A stretch of 63,931 bases of DNA, the filler included, from Octopus bimaculoides (Eukaryota), in NCBI RefSeq assembly GCF_001194135.2. It is 7 parts of 7 records of this genome, joined end to end, with 100 filler letters (N's around TTAATTAATTAA, not from the genome) between each part and the next. Parts side by side here need not be neighbours in the genome. Positions count along the whole stretch, not along the records: positions 1 to 8,771 come from NC_069009.1; positions 8,872 to 19,997 come from NC_069001.1; 5 more parts are not named here. The stretch is one strand, 5' to 3'. Below are positions 1 to 11,449 of this stretch, piece by piece. Under the pieces are notes generated by a model, which worked only from the letters and a program-made list of their open reading frames with translations, was not told the origin of the DNA and searched no databases. The position numbers were made by a program, and so were the translations under genes. Position 1 is the stretch's first letter. Each line of letters opens with the position of its first letter.

Positions 1-35
<35 letters not shown>

Positions 36-90
36 AATTACGTATGTGGAAAGTAGATTGTCTTTTTGAGAGGATAATATACCACAGTTA

Positions 91-1458
91 TCAGTCACAA
101 GGTTTATCTTCTGTATGAATGAGTCTGTGTTTCGTTAAGAGACCCATTTGAGAGAATGACTCACCACAGGTACCACAGTGATGTGGTTTCTCTCCTGTAT
201 GAATGAGTTTGTGAGTAGCTAGGTGATCGATTTGAGAGAATGACTTGTCACAGATATCACAGTGATGAGGTTTCTCTTCTGTATGAATACGTTTGTGTCT
301 AGTCAACCCACTGCTTCCAGAGAATGATTTACCACAGATATCACAGTGATATGGTTTATCTCCTGTATAAAGACGTTTATGCATAGTTAAGGTGTCTGTA
401 CAAGAGAATGATTTATCATTCACATCACAGTGATATGGTTTCTCTTCTGTATGGATATAAACATGTATAGTCAGGTTATCATTCTCAGAGAATGATTGGT
501 CAGAGGCATCACACTGGTGTGGTTTCTCTCCCGAATGAATGCGTTTATGCGTAGTTAAGTTACCTTTATGAGAGAAATATTTACCACAGATGTCACAATG
601 ATAAGGTTTTTCTCCTGTATGAATGCGTTTGTGTGTAGTTAAGATCCCATTCTGAGAAAAGGATTTCCCACAGACATCACAATGATATGGTTTCTCCCCT
701 GTATGAATGGATTTGTGTCTAATTAAGTGGCTTCCTACAGAGAACGATTTCCCGCAGACATTGCAATCATACGGTTTTTCCCCTGTATGAATGTGTTTGT
801 GTTCAGTTAGGCTGTTCCTTTGAGAGAATGATTTACCACAGATATCACAGAGAAATGGCTTCTCTCCAGTATGAACATGCTTGTGAATTATTAAGCTTTC
901 TTTCTGGGAGAATGACTTACCACAGATATCACAAGGGTATGGTCTCTCTCCTGTATGAATACGTTTGTGTATAGCTAAGTTGCCATGGCCAGAAAATGAT
1001 TTATCGCAGATGTCACAGTGATACGGTTTGTCTCCTGTATGAATTCGTTTATGTATTGTTAAGCCACCTGTCTCTGAGAATGATTTATCACAGATATCAC
1101 AGCGATATGGTTTCTCTCCTGTATGAATGCGTTTGTGTATAGTTAAGCTGCCTTTTTGAGAGAATGACTTACCACAGACATCACAGTGATATGGTTTCTC
1201 TCCTGTATGAATGTATTTGTGAATATTGAAGTTACCCTTTTGAGAGAATGATTTTCCACAGATATCACAGTGATATGGTTTCTGTCCTGTATGAATGTAT
1301 TTGTGTGTATTCAGGTTACCTTTTTGAGAGAATGATTTTCCACAGATATCACAACAGTACAGTGGTTTTCCTATATCTTTTGGTATTTCATCAAGGGACT
1401 CATTTTCTTCAAACTGTGATTCACATTTAATATTGTCCTCGCACAATTTGTCTTCCAT
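91..1458 (-). CDS. Tandem C2H2 zinc-finger protein, gene 1 (15 finger repeats, 13 canonical); ORF is open from 1509 but the likely start is Met at 1458 (MEDKL...)
   Basis: Repeated CxxC-x12-HxxxH with TGEKPY linkers. Fingers 11 and 12 have lost Zn ligands (CDAS, CDVN...RLY). Start chosen by homology with gene 2 (gaaaattATGGAA in both). Confidence 0.93.
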   Translation of the reverse strand: MEDKLCEDNIKCESQFEENESLDEIPKDIGKPLYCCDICGKSFSQKGNLNTHKYIHTGQKPYHCDICGKSFSQKGNFNIHKYIHTGEKPYHCDVCGKSFSQKGSLTIHKRIHTGEKPYRCDICDKSFSETGGLTIHKRIHTGDKPYHCDICDKSFSGHGNLAIHKRIHTGERPYPCDICGKSFSQKESLIIHKHVHTGEKPFLCDICGKSFSQRNSLTEHKHIHTGEKPYDCNVCGKSFSVGSHLIRHKSIHTGEKPYHCDVCGKSFSQNGILTTHKRIHTGEKPYHCDICGKYFSHKGNLTTHKRIHSGEKPHQCDASDQSFSENDNLTIHVYIHTEEKPYHCDVNDKSFSCTDTLTMHKRLYTGDKPYHCDICGKSFSGSSGLTRHKRIHTEEKPHHCDICDKSFSQIDHLATHKLIHTGEKPHHCGTCGESFSQMGLLTKHRLIHTEDKPCD

Positions 1459-1751
1459 AATTTTTCTGATATTTTTCTTCTTTATGTTCATATATTCTAT
1501 TCCAAACAAATATTTGTTCGGTTACATCTCAATCAGCTGTGATAGAAGTCAATATTTGACAACGCTGCAAACCTCTTCGTAATCCAAGTTTATATATCTC
1601 AGGCACTGAATTTATTAACAAAATTTTGTTAATAATCTCAGCCAGAGGAAATAGTTCACAGTATTCTCTCACACAGATTTACAGAAACAGGATTATATCT
1701 ATTTCTTTAATCTTGGTAAATGATGACAAATCCATGGTTAAAATATTCTGT

Positions 1752-1790
1752 AATTCTGAAATAACAGAGAAACAATAATAAACTAAAGAA
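1752..1790 (-). promoter_or_regulatory. Putative 3' splice acceptor of the gene 1 coding exon (ttgtttctctgttatttcAG|aattacag)
   Basis: Pyrimidine tract plus TTTCAG; homologous to the acceptor upstream of gene 2. Confidence 0.6.
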
Positions 1791-2095
1791 TATAGAAAAA
1801 CATTGAAAAGCAACAGTGAAATTTGTTCGTTTCTGTAAGGATAAACAATAGATATAAACTTTTGCCTGAACGTGAAACAACATGCTTGCAAAGCCAGTTT
1901 TTTAACCACACAGGCAGGCCAGTCAAATTTTTAAAGCTAACACTTCAGTTATTGAATATGTAATTAAAATTCGATTTAGACGTTAAAAAATTTTTTTTTT
2001 AATCGACAGAAGATAACCACAATGACATCCCCTAATTTCCCCCAAAATTTCAGGCCTTATGCCTATAATAGAAAGGATTACTATTATTATCTTAC

Positions 2096-2314
2096 AAGGC
2101 GGCGAGCTAGCAGAATTGGTAGCACGCTGGGCGAAATGCTTAGCGGTATTTCGCCGTCGCTATGTTCTGAGTTCAAATTCCGCCGAGGTCGACTTTGCCT
2201 TTCATCCTTTTGGAGTCGATAAATTAAATACCAGTTGTGTACTGGGATCGATGTAATCGACTTAATCCCCTCCCACCAAATGTGAGGCCTTGTGCTTCCA
2301 GTAGAAAGGATTAT
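2096..2314 (+). mobile_element. SINE family A (tRNA-derived head, Deu/Nin-like central domain, ATT tail); representative full copy
   Basis: A-box-like (T)GGCAGAATCG and B-box GAGTTCAAATTCC; central gcctttcatcctttcggggtcgataaattaagtaccag; about 25 copies or fragments in the window. Confidence 0.85.
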
Positions 2315-2317
2315 TCA

Positions 2318-2682
2318 GTCGTTGTACTACGGCCATGATGGAGCACTGCTGTGAGCGGTTTCGTCAAAGAAACTAACTGCAGTACTTTTTTGTGATTTCT
2401 TTTTTTTTTTTTTTTAAGTCTGGTATTTATTCTATCAGTCTCTTTTAGTCGGCCGCTAACTTACGGGATGTAAACAAAACAACACCCACTGGTCAGCAAG
2501 ACAGGAGGACAAAGATACACACAAACATATAAATGATGGACTTGCACAGTTTCTGTCTACCAAATTCACTCACAAGTGAGCTATAGCAGACGACACTTGG
2601 CCAAAGTGGCACGCACCGGGACTAAACGTGAAACAACATGCTTGCAAAGCCAGCTTCTTAACCACACAGACAGGCCAGTCAA
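2318..2682 (-). mobile_element. SINE family B (tRNA-derived head, usually with an internal microsatellite)
   Basis: Matches the copies at 20098-20430, 30028-30483 and 50360-50910 (shared motifs gtgagtggatttggtagacggaaact and gctccagcatggcc). Confidence 0.7.
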
Positions 2683-3229
2683 ATTTTTGGAAAAGTCCGA
2701 TATTTAGGTAATCGTACCGATGATCGCCAAATTTTTAAAGCTAACACTTCAATTATTGACTATGTAATTAAAATTCAATTTAGACGTTTAAAAAAAATAA
2801 AATAAAACCGACAGAAAATAACCACATTGACATCCCATAATTTTTTAAAGCGACCTAGTGAGATCCCTTAATTTAATTAATAGATCTCTCTCATTATGTT
2901 GCATTCACAGATACCTGCTTGTAGCAGTATGGTACATTCTAGTGATAACCTATTTCAGAAATAGAAGCTGAGATATACCGTTCGTTCCTGTGTACTATAC
3001 CTAACGACAAACATTACTATAAAGGCAATCTTGTGGCTTGTATATCGATGCTTCATAGCCACTACGATCATATCTGAGCAATGTAATAATCCCGCAAGAC
3101 TAAATGATATTATACAATTAATTAATCATAATTGTCATTCACTCATTACTATACTTCAGTGAAGACAGTAAAAGTTACATACTTAATGCTAATTATTTCA
3201 TGCAATCAAACTAATTAATCAAATGAATC

Positions 3230-3895
3230 ATTAATTACCCAGAACTGGATAAAGGACTTGCATTTCTTCATAAATTCCTGATTCCTGTTTCTCGTCTCCA
3301 AGTCTTTGTCTTTCTGTCATTTCAATGTACGAAGTATGTTGATAAAAAAAACTGACGCGAAAGAACGAAACGTACTAAGAACCCGGTAGTTGTTTTTTTA
3401 TAGCATCCACATCCTTTGTATATTTCCTTTGAGAAATGCGTTTAAACTAAGATGTTACTTAATTTTTTTTTCTTTTCTTTTGCGTCCGAAAGTATTTGTA
3501 GCCAGATCAATATTTCGTTCGTCTTCACTATAAAACCACATGCAAGTTGCGCAAATTTGTGTTGTATCTTCCGAAGCAGTATAATAGTTAACAGTCCTTG
3601 AAAATTTCAAAATTCCATTATTTTTACATTTCAAGCAAAACTTCGGCATTTCTGCTACATTTAACAGTGTGTTTTTTATGTTTCAGATATTTTGTATGAA
3701 TATAAGACGTATAAACATTTATCTAGTAGCGTAGATACAAAGAAGCTAATTAAATTTCGTTGTTTGTATTTCCGAGCCGTTTTTTATAGCTTCTTGTTGT
3801 CAAATTTTAACCCAGCCTGATTCTGGGTGGAATTTGGTGTAATTAAAGACATTTCACTGTAAACACTGGTTTATATAGCAATAACAGGTAAGATA
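3230..3895. promoter_or_regulatory. Candidate bidirectional promoter and non-coding first exons of the ZF pair
   Basis: TE-free stretch between the divergent genes, bounded by outward-facing donor-like sites: CAG|GTAAGA at 3885-3893 (plus) and TGG|GTAATT near 3238 (minus). Inference only. Confidence 0.4.
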
Positions 3896-4164
3896 TATGA
3901 TATATATATTATTTAGTAAAATTAAGATGTACTTTGGGAATTGAAAACTTTTTGATGTTGCTAGCCAGAGATCGATATTAATTCTATCGTCCAACACTGT
4001 CTGAAATCAATAATTAAACAAATTTAATTAATATACTAGACAATCAACAACATATTTATTATTCTGGATCATTCTCTTATCTACTACGTATGAATAATAA
4101 TCCAAAGGGTACACATGAAAATATAGTTAAGGAAAAGTAACTGAAATAAAATAACATATATAAA

Positions 4165-4378
4165 ATATTTTCTACTCTAGGCACAAGGCCCGAAATTTTT
4201 GGGGCGTGGAGTCAGTCGATTAGATCGATCCAGTACGCAATTGATGCTTAATTTATCGACCCCGAAAGGATGAAAGGCAAAGTCGACTTCGGCTGAATTT
4301 GAACTCAGAACATAAAGACAGAATACCGCTAAGCATTTCGTCCGGCATGCTAACGTTTCTGCCAGCTCACCGCCTTTA
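4165..4378 (-). mobile_element. SINE family A
   Basis: Reverse complement of the family A head, central domain and agtagaaaa tail. Confidence 0.85.
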
Positions 4379-4680
4379 GATATATAAAATATTACGAGTC
4401 ACTGTGTAACCACGTGGATCTAGTTCAGTTCCATTGCAGAACATCTTGGATGCGTATTTTCTACTCTAGCCCAGGACTGACCAATGCCTTGTCACTGTAT
4501 TTGGCAGATAATAACCGTACAAACTCATCACCATCATCATCACTTATCGATGTCCATGTTTCAGGCTTGCATTGGTTGGATGGTTCGTTTATTCAAGTAA
4601 AGTGCTTGTGTCTGTAGTTTTTCTAAATCAAAATGTGGTAAAATTTCCCCTGTTGTATCTCTGCATTCTAAGTATCCTCA

Positions 4681-4720
4681 ATATTCTTATATTCTTGTTT
4701 CTCTATCGTTTCAGAATATC
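4681..4720 (+). promoter_or_regulatory. Putative 3' splice acceptor of the gene 2 coding exon (ttgtttctctatcgtttcAG|aatatcag; AG at 4713-4714)
   Basis: Pyrimidine tract plus TTTCAG; homologous to the gene 1 acceptor. Confidence 0.6.
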
Positions 4721-5141
4721 AGAAACAGCAAAGAACTGTTTCCATCAGATACCTTGTCAATATTAATCATCTTTGAAAGACTAAAGGAAAATGTTTATAA
4801 AGAACATATCTAACAACACTGCTTATATAAATCCATGGTGACTTCCTGGTAATATCTCTTTGGAACTGAGATGAATATCAGCATTTGTCATCTTCAATTC
4901 CTGAAAAGTTTACAAACTGATTTTGGAGTTTAATTTTTCTTTTCCATTTCATATAATATATACAAATTCATTTCACATACTTATTTTAAAGTTGGAAGAA
5001 TTTATAAAAGAGTTTGCAGCATCTTCTGATATCACCAAAGGTCACAGTTGAGGGAGATATAGTATCAAGAATATTTGGGAGGAAGAAAATATAAAACCGA
5101 AAAGAGAATCGTTTGTATATTGTTGTAGGAAAAGGAAAATT

Positions 5142-6812
5142 ATGGAAAATAATTTAAGTGAGAACGAGGTTAAATGTGAAATACAGAAGATTGACTTTTC
5201 TGATGATGTAAAGAATGAGAAAGGTAAAAAATTATACCATTGTGATATCTGTGGTAAATCATTTTCTACAAGTAGCAACTTGTCTAAGCATAAATCTGTT
5301 CATACAGGAGAGAAGCCATATCACTGTGATGTCTGTGGTAAATCATTTTATCAAAGTGATAAATTAACTTACCACATACGCATTCATACAGGGGAAAAGC
5401 CATATGTCTGTGATGTCTGTGGTAAATCATTTTCTACAAGTAGCAGCCTAACTAAACATAAAGTTGTACATACAGGGGAAAAACCATATCGCTGTGATAT
5501 CTGTGGTAAATCATTCTCTCACAGTAGAAACTTGTCTAAGCATAAATCGGTTCATACAGGAGAGAAACCATATCATTGTGATATTTGTGGTAAATCATTC
5601 TCTCACAATGGTGCCTTAGCTAAACACAAAGCCATTCATACAGGAGAGAAGCCATATCACTGTGATGTCTGTGGTAAATCATTTTGTCAAAGTGATAAAT
5701 TAACTTACCACATACGCATTCATACAGGGGAAAAGCCATATGTCTGTGATGTCTGTGGTAAATCATTCTCTCACAGTAGCAACTTGTCTAAGCATAAATC
5801 CATTCATACAGGAGAGAAACCATATCACTGTGATATTTGTGGTAAATCATTCTCTCACAATGGTGCCTTAGCTAAACACAAACGTACACATACAGGAGAG
5901 AAGCCATATCACTGTGATGTCTGTGGTAAATCATTTTATCAAAGTGATAAGTTAAATAACCACATATGCATTCATATAGAGGAAAAGCCATATGTTTGTG
6001 ATGTCTGTGGTAAATTGTTCTCTGAGAATAGTTCCTTAACTCAACATAAACTTATTCATACAATGGAAAACTCATTTTCTGATAAACCATTCTCCAGCGG
6101 TGACAGTTTTGCTAAACGCATGCACATTCGTGCAGGAGAAAAACAACATCACTGTGATATCTGTGGTAAATCATTCTTTAAAAGTAACGACTTAAAAAGA
6201 CACAAATATGTCCATACAGGAGAGAAGCCTTATCAATGTGACATCTGTGAGAAATCTTTCTCTCAGAAATTTTGTTTAAATAAACACAAATTTACACATA
6301 CGGGAGAGAAGCCATATCACTGTGATGTCTGTGGTAAATCATTCTCTAAAAACAGTGACTTAACTAGACACAAATACATCCATACAGGAGAGAAGCCTAA
6401 TCGTTGTGAGATCTGTGGTAAATCATTCTCTCAAAAAATTTGCTTAACTAAGCACATATATATTCACACAGGAGAGAAGCCATATCACTGTGATATCTGT
6501 GGGAAATCATTCTCTCAAAGTACTAGTTTAACTATACACAAACGCACTCATACAGGGGAAAAACCATATCATTGTGATATCTGTGGTAAGTCTTTCTCAA
6601 ATAAAAGTGCCCTAACTTCTCATAAAAATACTCATACAAGAGATCAATGTTACTTGTGTGATGTGTGTGGTAAAGCATTGTCTAACGTTCGTTGCTTAAC
6701 CCAACACAAGGGTCTCCATGCAGTTGAGAAACCATATCACTGTGATATCTGTGATAAATCATTCTCTCAAAGTAGTGGTTTGAGTAAACACAAGCACATT
6801 CATACAGGATGA
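5142..6812 (+). CDS. Tandem C2H2 zinc-finger protein, gene 2 (556 aa; 18 canonical fingers plus one partly deleted)
   Basis: Uninterrupted ORF of C2H2 repeats with TGEKPY linkers after an acidic N-terminus of about 30 aa; no KRAB, ZAD or BTB domain is visible. Confidence 0.95.
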   Translation: MENNLSENEVKCEIQKIDFSDDVKNEKGKKLYHCDICGKSFSTSSNLSKHKSVHTGEKPYHCDVCGKSFYQSDKLTYHIRIHTGEKPYVCDVCGKSFSTSSSLTKHKVVHTGEKPYRCDICGKSFSHSRNLSKHKSVHTGEKPYHCDICGKSFSHNGALAKHKAIHTGEKPYHCDVCGKSFCQSDKLTYHIRIHTGEKPYVCDVCGKSFSHSSNLSKHKSIHTGEKPYHCDICGKSFSHNGALAKHKRTHTGEKPYHCDVCGKSFYQSDKLNNHICIHIEEKPYVCDVCGKLFSENSSLTQHKLIHTMENSFSDKPFSSGDSFAKRMHIRAGEKQHHCDICGKSFFKSNDLKRHKYVHTGEKPYQCDICEKSFSQKFCLNKHKFTHTGEKPYHCDVCGKSFSKNSDLTRHKYIHTGEKPNRCEICGKSFSQKICLTKHIYIHTGEKPYHCDICGKSFSQSTSLTIHKRTHTGEKPYHCDICGKSFSNKSALTSHKNTHTRDQCYLCDVCGKALSNVRCLTQHKGLHAVEKPYHCDICDKSFSQSSGLSKHKHIHTG

Positions 6813-7590
6813 AAGCCCTATCACTGCAATGTCTGTGGTTGGTCATTCTCTGAAAATGGTGACTTAACTAGACCCAAACTTATTCATAAAGGAGAGTCTT
6901 TATGGTCACTGCAATATCTGATTGATTAATCTCTAATGGAAGCCAGTTAACTAAACACAAATACATTCAAACAGGAGTAAAACTTTATCACACTGACATT
7001 TGTGGTAAATCTTTCTTTCATGCATATATGTTAACTACTTATACAGGGGAAAAAACCTTATTACTGTGATGTCTATGGTGAATCATCTGCTGAACCTGGT
7101 CACTTAACTAAACCCAAGCATATTCACACAGGAGTGAAACAATATTGTGACATCTGTGGTGTTCATGAGATAAATATTTATCTCATGAATTACATTAACT
7201 ACTCACAAACACTCATACAAGCGAAAAACCTTACCACTGAGATCTGTGATGAATCCTTCACTGACACTGGTCACTTTACTAAACTAAAGCTCATTTATAT
7301 AAGACTGAGGCTACATTGTTGTGATATCTGTGGTAAACCATTCTCTCAAAATAGTAGCTTAACAACACTCAAATGCATTCATACAGAGAAGGAGCTATAT
7401 TACTGTGGTAAATCAGTCTCTGAGAATTGTTCCTTAACTAGGCAGAAATACATTTATGCAGGAGTGTAGCCATATCACTTCAATATCTGGTAAATTGTTT
7501 TTTTTATGGAAGCCAATTAACTAAATAAATACATTCATACAGGAGTAAAAATGTATCATCGTGATAGCTGTGGTAAATCTTTATTTCATG
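6813..7590 (+). pseudogene. Decayed continuation of the gene 2 zinc-finger array (about 8-9 degenerate fingers) downstream of the stop
   Basis: Reads HTG*KPYHCNVCGWSFSENGDLTRPKLIH, then further CDICG/HTG remnants with frameshifts and stops (partly seen in the track ORF 7134-7469). Confidence 0.85.
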
Positions 7591-7594
7591 GATA

Positions 7595-7862
7595 TATGTT
7601 TACTCAATATTATTGAACATTTATGGTGCATTTTAGAAGAAAAAGTAAGGAGTCAATATCCTCCACCATCATCACTTCAAGAACTGGAGACTGTTTTAGC
7701 TGAAAAATGGACAAAAATTCCTTTGGAAACAATTCAAACTTTGTACGAGTCCATACCTCATAGAATTCAAGCTGTAATTACTGCCAAAGGTGGTCCTATT
7801 CCATATTAAAATAAATTTGTTTGAAATTTTAAAGAGATTCCATTATTTTGTCCAACCCCTGA
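7595..7862 (+). mobile_element. Tc1/mariner transposase 3' fragment with right terminus
   Basis: LNIIEHLWCILEEKVR...RIQAVITAKGGPIPY*, then ttgtccaacccctg; homologous to 41536-42247. Confidence 0.85.
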
Positions 7863-8019
7863 ACTTTACAGAGTGTTTTGCATGTTCTTTCAGTGACCCC
7901 AGCACTAATGAGCTCACCCTACAACTTGCAAAATTAAGGGCCTAAATTAGCTCCTATAACTGAAAATCAATAGAAGGGAGAGGTTGTAATGATTTTTGGT
8001 GGGGTGATGGTACTTTCTC

Positions 8020-8270
8020 AGTTACGATGACGTATGTTTCAGATGATCCAATCAACAGAACAGCCTGCTTGTCTAATTAACATGCAACTGACTGAGTACT
8101 CCACAGACACATATACCCTTCATATAGTTCTCAGGGAGAATTAGCATGACACAGACTGTGATAAGGCTAGCCCTTTCGAAATACAGGTACTACTCATTTT
8201 CACCAGCTGGATAGATTGGAGCAACATGAAATAAAGTGTCTTACTTTAGGACAAAATACACTACCAAGAA
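8020..8270 (-). mobile_element. SINE family C-related fragment
   Basis: Diverged match to 38200-38395 (gatccaatcaacagaacagcctgct...tactccacagacac). Confidence 0.6.
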
Positions 8271-8451
8271 AAATATATTAAGCAATGAAATTGCAACTAC
8301 TAAGACTGATTTTCACATTTTATTATTTGCTATTTATACAATTTTACAGTATTGAAATAAACTAGTACTTTCATGTATTACACAATCATCAGGTTTATGT
8401 AATGGCAGTCATGTTCCACAATTGACACATATGTGTAAATCTGCATATATA

Positions 8452-8771
8452 CATATCATCATCATCATCATCATCATCGTTTAACGTCCGCTTTCCATGC
8501 TAGCATGGGTTGGACGATTTGACTGAGGACTGGTGCAACCGGATGGCTACACCAGGCTCCAATCTAATTTGGCAGAGTTTCTACAGCTGGATGCCCTTCC
8601 TAATGCCAACCACTCAGAGAGTGTAGTGGGTGCTTTTACGTGTCACCCGCACGAAAACGGCCACGCTTGAAATGGTATCTTTTATGTGCCACCCGCACAA
8701 GAGCCAGTCCAGGGGCACTGGCAACGATCTCGCTCGAAAACCCTACAAGGCCAGTCAGGCGGTACTGGCAA
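8452..8771 (-). mobile_element. SINE family D, V-domain-like, 3' part with (ATG)n tail
   Basis: The minus strand reads ggttggcattaggaagggcatccagctgtagaaa (resembles the V-SINE core GGTTGCGTCAGGAAGGGCATCCGG, from memory) and ends agcatggaaagcggacgttaaacgatgatg; truncated by a gap. Confidence 0.65.
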
Positions 8772-8899
8772 NNNNNNNNNNNNNNNNNNNNNNNNNNNNN
8801 NNNNNNNNNNNNNNNTTAATTAATTAANNNNNNNNNNNNNNNNNNNNNNNNNNNNNNNNNNNNNNNNNNNNTTATTATCACTAAAAGTATTTAAAAAAA

Positions 8900-9043
8900 A
8901 CCTAACATGGTCAACTTTGCTTTTCATCCTTCTGGAATAAGGTACCAAACAAGTACTGGGATCGATAACATCAACTAACCCTTTCCTCTGAAAATTGCTG
9001 GCCTTGAGCCAAAATTTAAAACAATTATTAATTATAATTATTA

Positions 9044-9075
<32 letters not shown>

Positions 9076-9315
9076 GGTGGCAGCAAACAGGCAGAGCTGT
9101 TAGAACATAGGGGAAAAATGCTTACAAGCGTTTCTTGTGACTTATTACCCTCTGTGTTCAAATGCCACCAATGTCACTTTTATCTTTCATTTCTCTGGGG
9201 TCAATGAAATAAAGTACCAGTCAAATACTGAGGCTAATGCAATCAACTTGCCCTTCCCCTCAAAAGTTTGCTGGTCTTGTGTGTGTGTATGTGAAAGTTA
9301 GAAACAATAATGGTT
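8900..9315 (+). mobile_element. Two old SINE family A copies separated by (ATT)n
   Basis: Diverged central domain; tail variant ...ctggccttgagccaaaattt. Confidence 0.7.
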
Positions 9316-9756
9316 ATTATTTTCTCCATTACCTCCAAAATCCAATGTAAGGAGGATTTAGATTAAGGATAATAAATGTTTCCAAAGAGTAGCTAATCTG
9401 TTGGCGCCAGTCTCCTCTCCAGGAATGGTTGGCTGTTGGTTTCTTTGGCCTTTGATCAATTTCAGTTATAATCACCAGGTATTCTGGGTGAAGAAGTGGG
9501 GAGGGGTAATGATTTTAGTTGCTCAACATATTGAGCTACATGGTACCGATAGCTGGCAAAACCTGACTTCATGCCTCAGTGAATGAATGTGTGTCTGAAT
9601 GTGTCTTTGAAGAAACGGTCTGGTTATGTTATTTTATTACGTAATATGTTAACAAGCAAATAAATGACCATTCTATGGAAACATATGTAACATAAATGAA
9701 CAATTATCTCCATTCATATTCATTTTTTCTTTATATATCATCATCATCATTATCAT

Positions 9757-9794
<38 letters not shown>

Positions 9795-10675
9795 TGTGGA
9801 ACCAAATTCTGCTGAACTTCTACTGTAACACTAAGGCAAGAATATGTCAAAAGCTTGTAAGAATTTTTTAATTGTTGCTATTTCAAAGACATAATGTGAG
9901 TGTGAATGCAATTCCTAAGACAACCAACTATATCTTGGTACTGACACAAAACAATTTCTTTCAATATCCTTGTTTTTTGTTTTTTTTTAATAATTTTTAT
10001 TACTAGTTAATACCATGTATTCTTAGGAAATGGCAGCAAAGAGTAGGATAGGATGGAAGGGAGGTTGTAATTCTATACAGAAAGCAACATCATGGCACCT
10101 CAGAGTGCCATAGAGAAAGACGAGCAATAGGGCCATGGTGGCACTTATAGTGATAGGCAAAAGTGGGAGGTAGTGGGGGTAGGAGTTGAAACACCAAGAA
10201 TTAAGAACAGCCCAGCTAGGATCTCTTCCTTATGACTAAGAAAGAATGAGAAAATATCATTTTCAGACATAGTCTATCTAGGACTACATTATCCTATGTG
10301 CCCTTCTGTTTTTTGTTTTTTTTATATATTTTGAACTTTTTTTTTTATATATTTTGAACTTTATTTTTTTAAGAAGTTGGGATGTGATTTGAAGATTTGG
10401 CTACTATTTCTAGCAAGCCAAGAGACTTCATAGAGGTCTCCCATTTTGGTTCGTTAAAGAAAGAAGTAAAGTTTTTTCATTGATGTTCACATTGATGAAG
10501 TTTTGTTAGTTCACCTAATCCTCCCATGGATCTGGGGAGGGTGATAGGTGACCCTCCACAGTGACACATCATACCTTGTATCATGCCTCCATTAAGACTG
10601 ATTGCTTATTGAAATCTCAAAGACTCTGTGTGTATGTGTGTGTCTGTTAGGGAGGGCATTGGACATCACATTTAC

Positions 10676-11090
10676 TTATGGAACAGTCCATTATATGAAA
10701 AGGGGATTATAACAAGTTGCATGGAACAGTCCATTATAAGGAATGGTTATTACAAGAACTGCGTGGATCATTCCAAGGAAGAAAAGGTAATTCAAGAATC
10801 TGTATGGATATGGAACAGTCCATTAAGGGAAGTGTTAAACAAGAAGCTAAATAGAATAGTCCATTAAAGGAAGTGTTATACAAGAAACTAGATGGAAAAA
10901 TCCATGTGAAAAAAATAAAAGGTTATGCAAGTTATACAGGAAACTGTATGGATTAGTCCATAAAAGGAAGCAATTATTATTACAAGATGCTGTGTGGAAG
11001 AGTCCAAAGAAACAAAGAGGGTGTATAAGAAATGGTATGGAACAGGTCAAGAAGGAAAAAAAAGCCATATGGAAGAGTCCAAAAATATTT
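10676..11090 (+). repeat. Degenerate minisatellite, unit about 40-45 bp (TGGAACAGTCCATTA...ACAAGAA)
   Basis: ggaacagtccatta and its variants recur about 10 times. Confidence 0.7.
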
Positions 11091-11449
11091 AATATGATAT
11101 AGTTGATAAAAATTTAGTTGCTATTGGTGACAGATGTAGGATAAAAATTGTTTACTTTTTATATCATATATAATATATATATATATATATTTTTTAAATA
11201 TATTCCAGCAGGTGTTTTATCAAGATTAGGTGGTTTTAGATTAAGTAGGACTAACTCAATATTAGTCCTAGAATTATTTACAATTGGGATATACAACTGT
11301 GTGTTTATGTGTATGGAGAGTGTGTATGTGTGTGTCTGTTCATGTCATATAGAGATTAAAGTATAGAAATATAGAAATTTAGAAATATCTAGAAAATTGT
11401 TTTTCTTCCCTCAAAATCTAATGGCGCTTTAGTTGATTACATCATCATC

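Noticed and set aside
1459-1509. Upstream Met (MFGIEY...) as the gene 1 start
   Set aside because: Homology with gene 2 places the start at MEDKL (1458); the upstream codons align with the gene 2 5' UTR.
6810-6812. Selenocysteine or readthrough at the in-frame TGA of gene 2
   Set aside because: The position is a linker Glu, the next finger lacks a His ligand and frameshifts follow; no SECIS was recognised.
8816-8827. TTAATTAATTAA islands inside N runs (also at 20042, 45446, 57294, 58771 and 62453)
   Set aside because: An identical 12-mer centred in 100-bp gaps (44 N on each side where counted) is an assembly gap placeholder with stops in all frames, not biology.
10023-10136. 37-aa minus-strand ORF with a perfect Kozak context (GCCACCATGG) and hydrophobic N-terminus (MALLLVFLYG...)
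   Set aside because: Too short, with no supporting homology or splice structure; plausible by chance.
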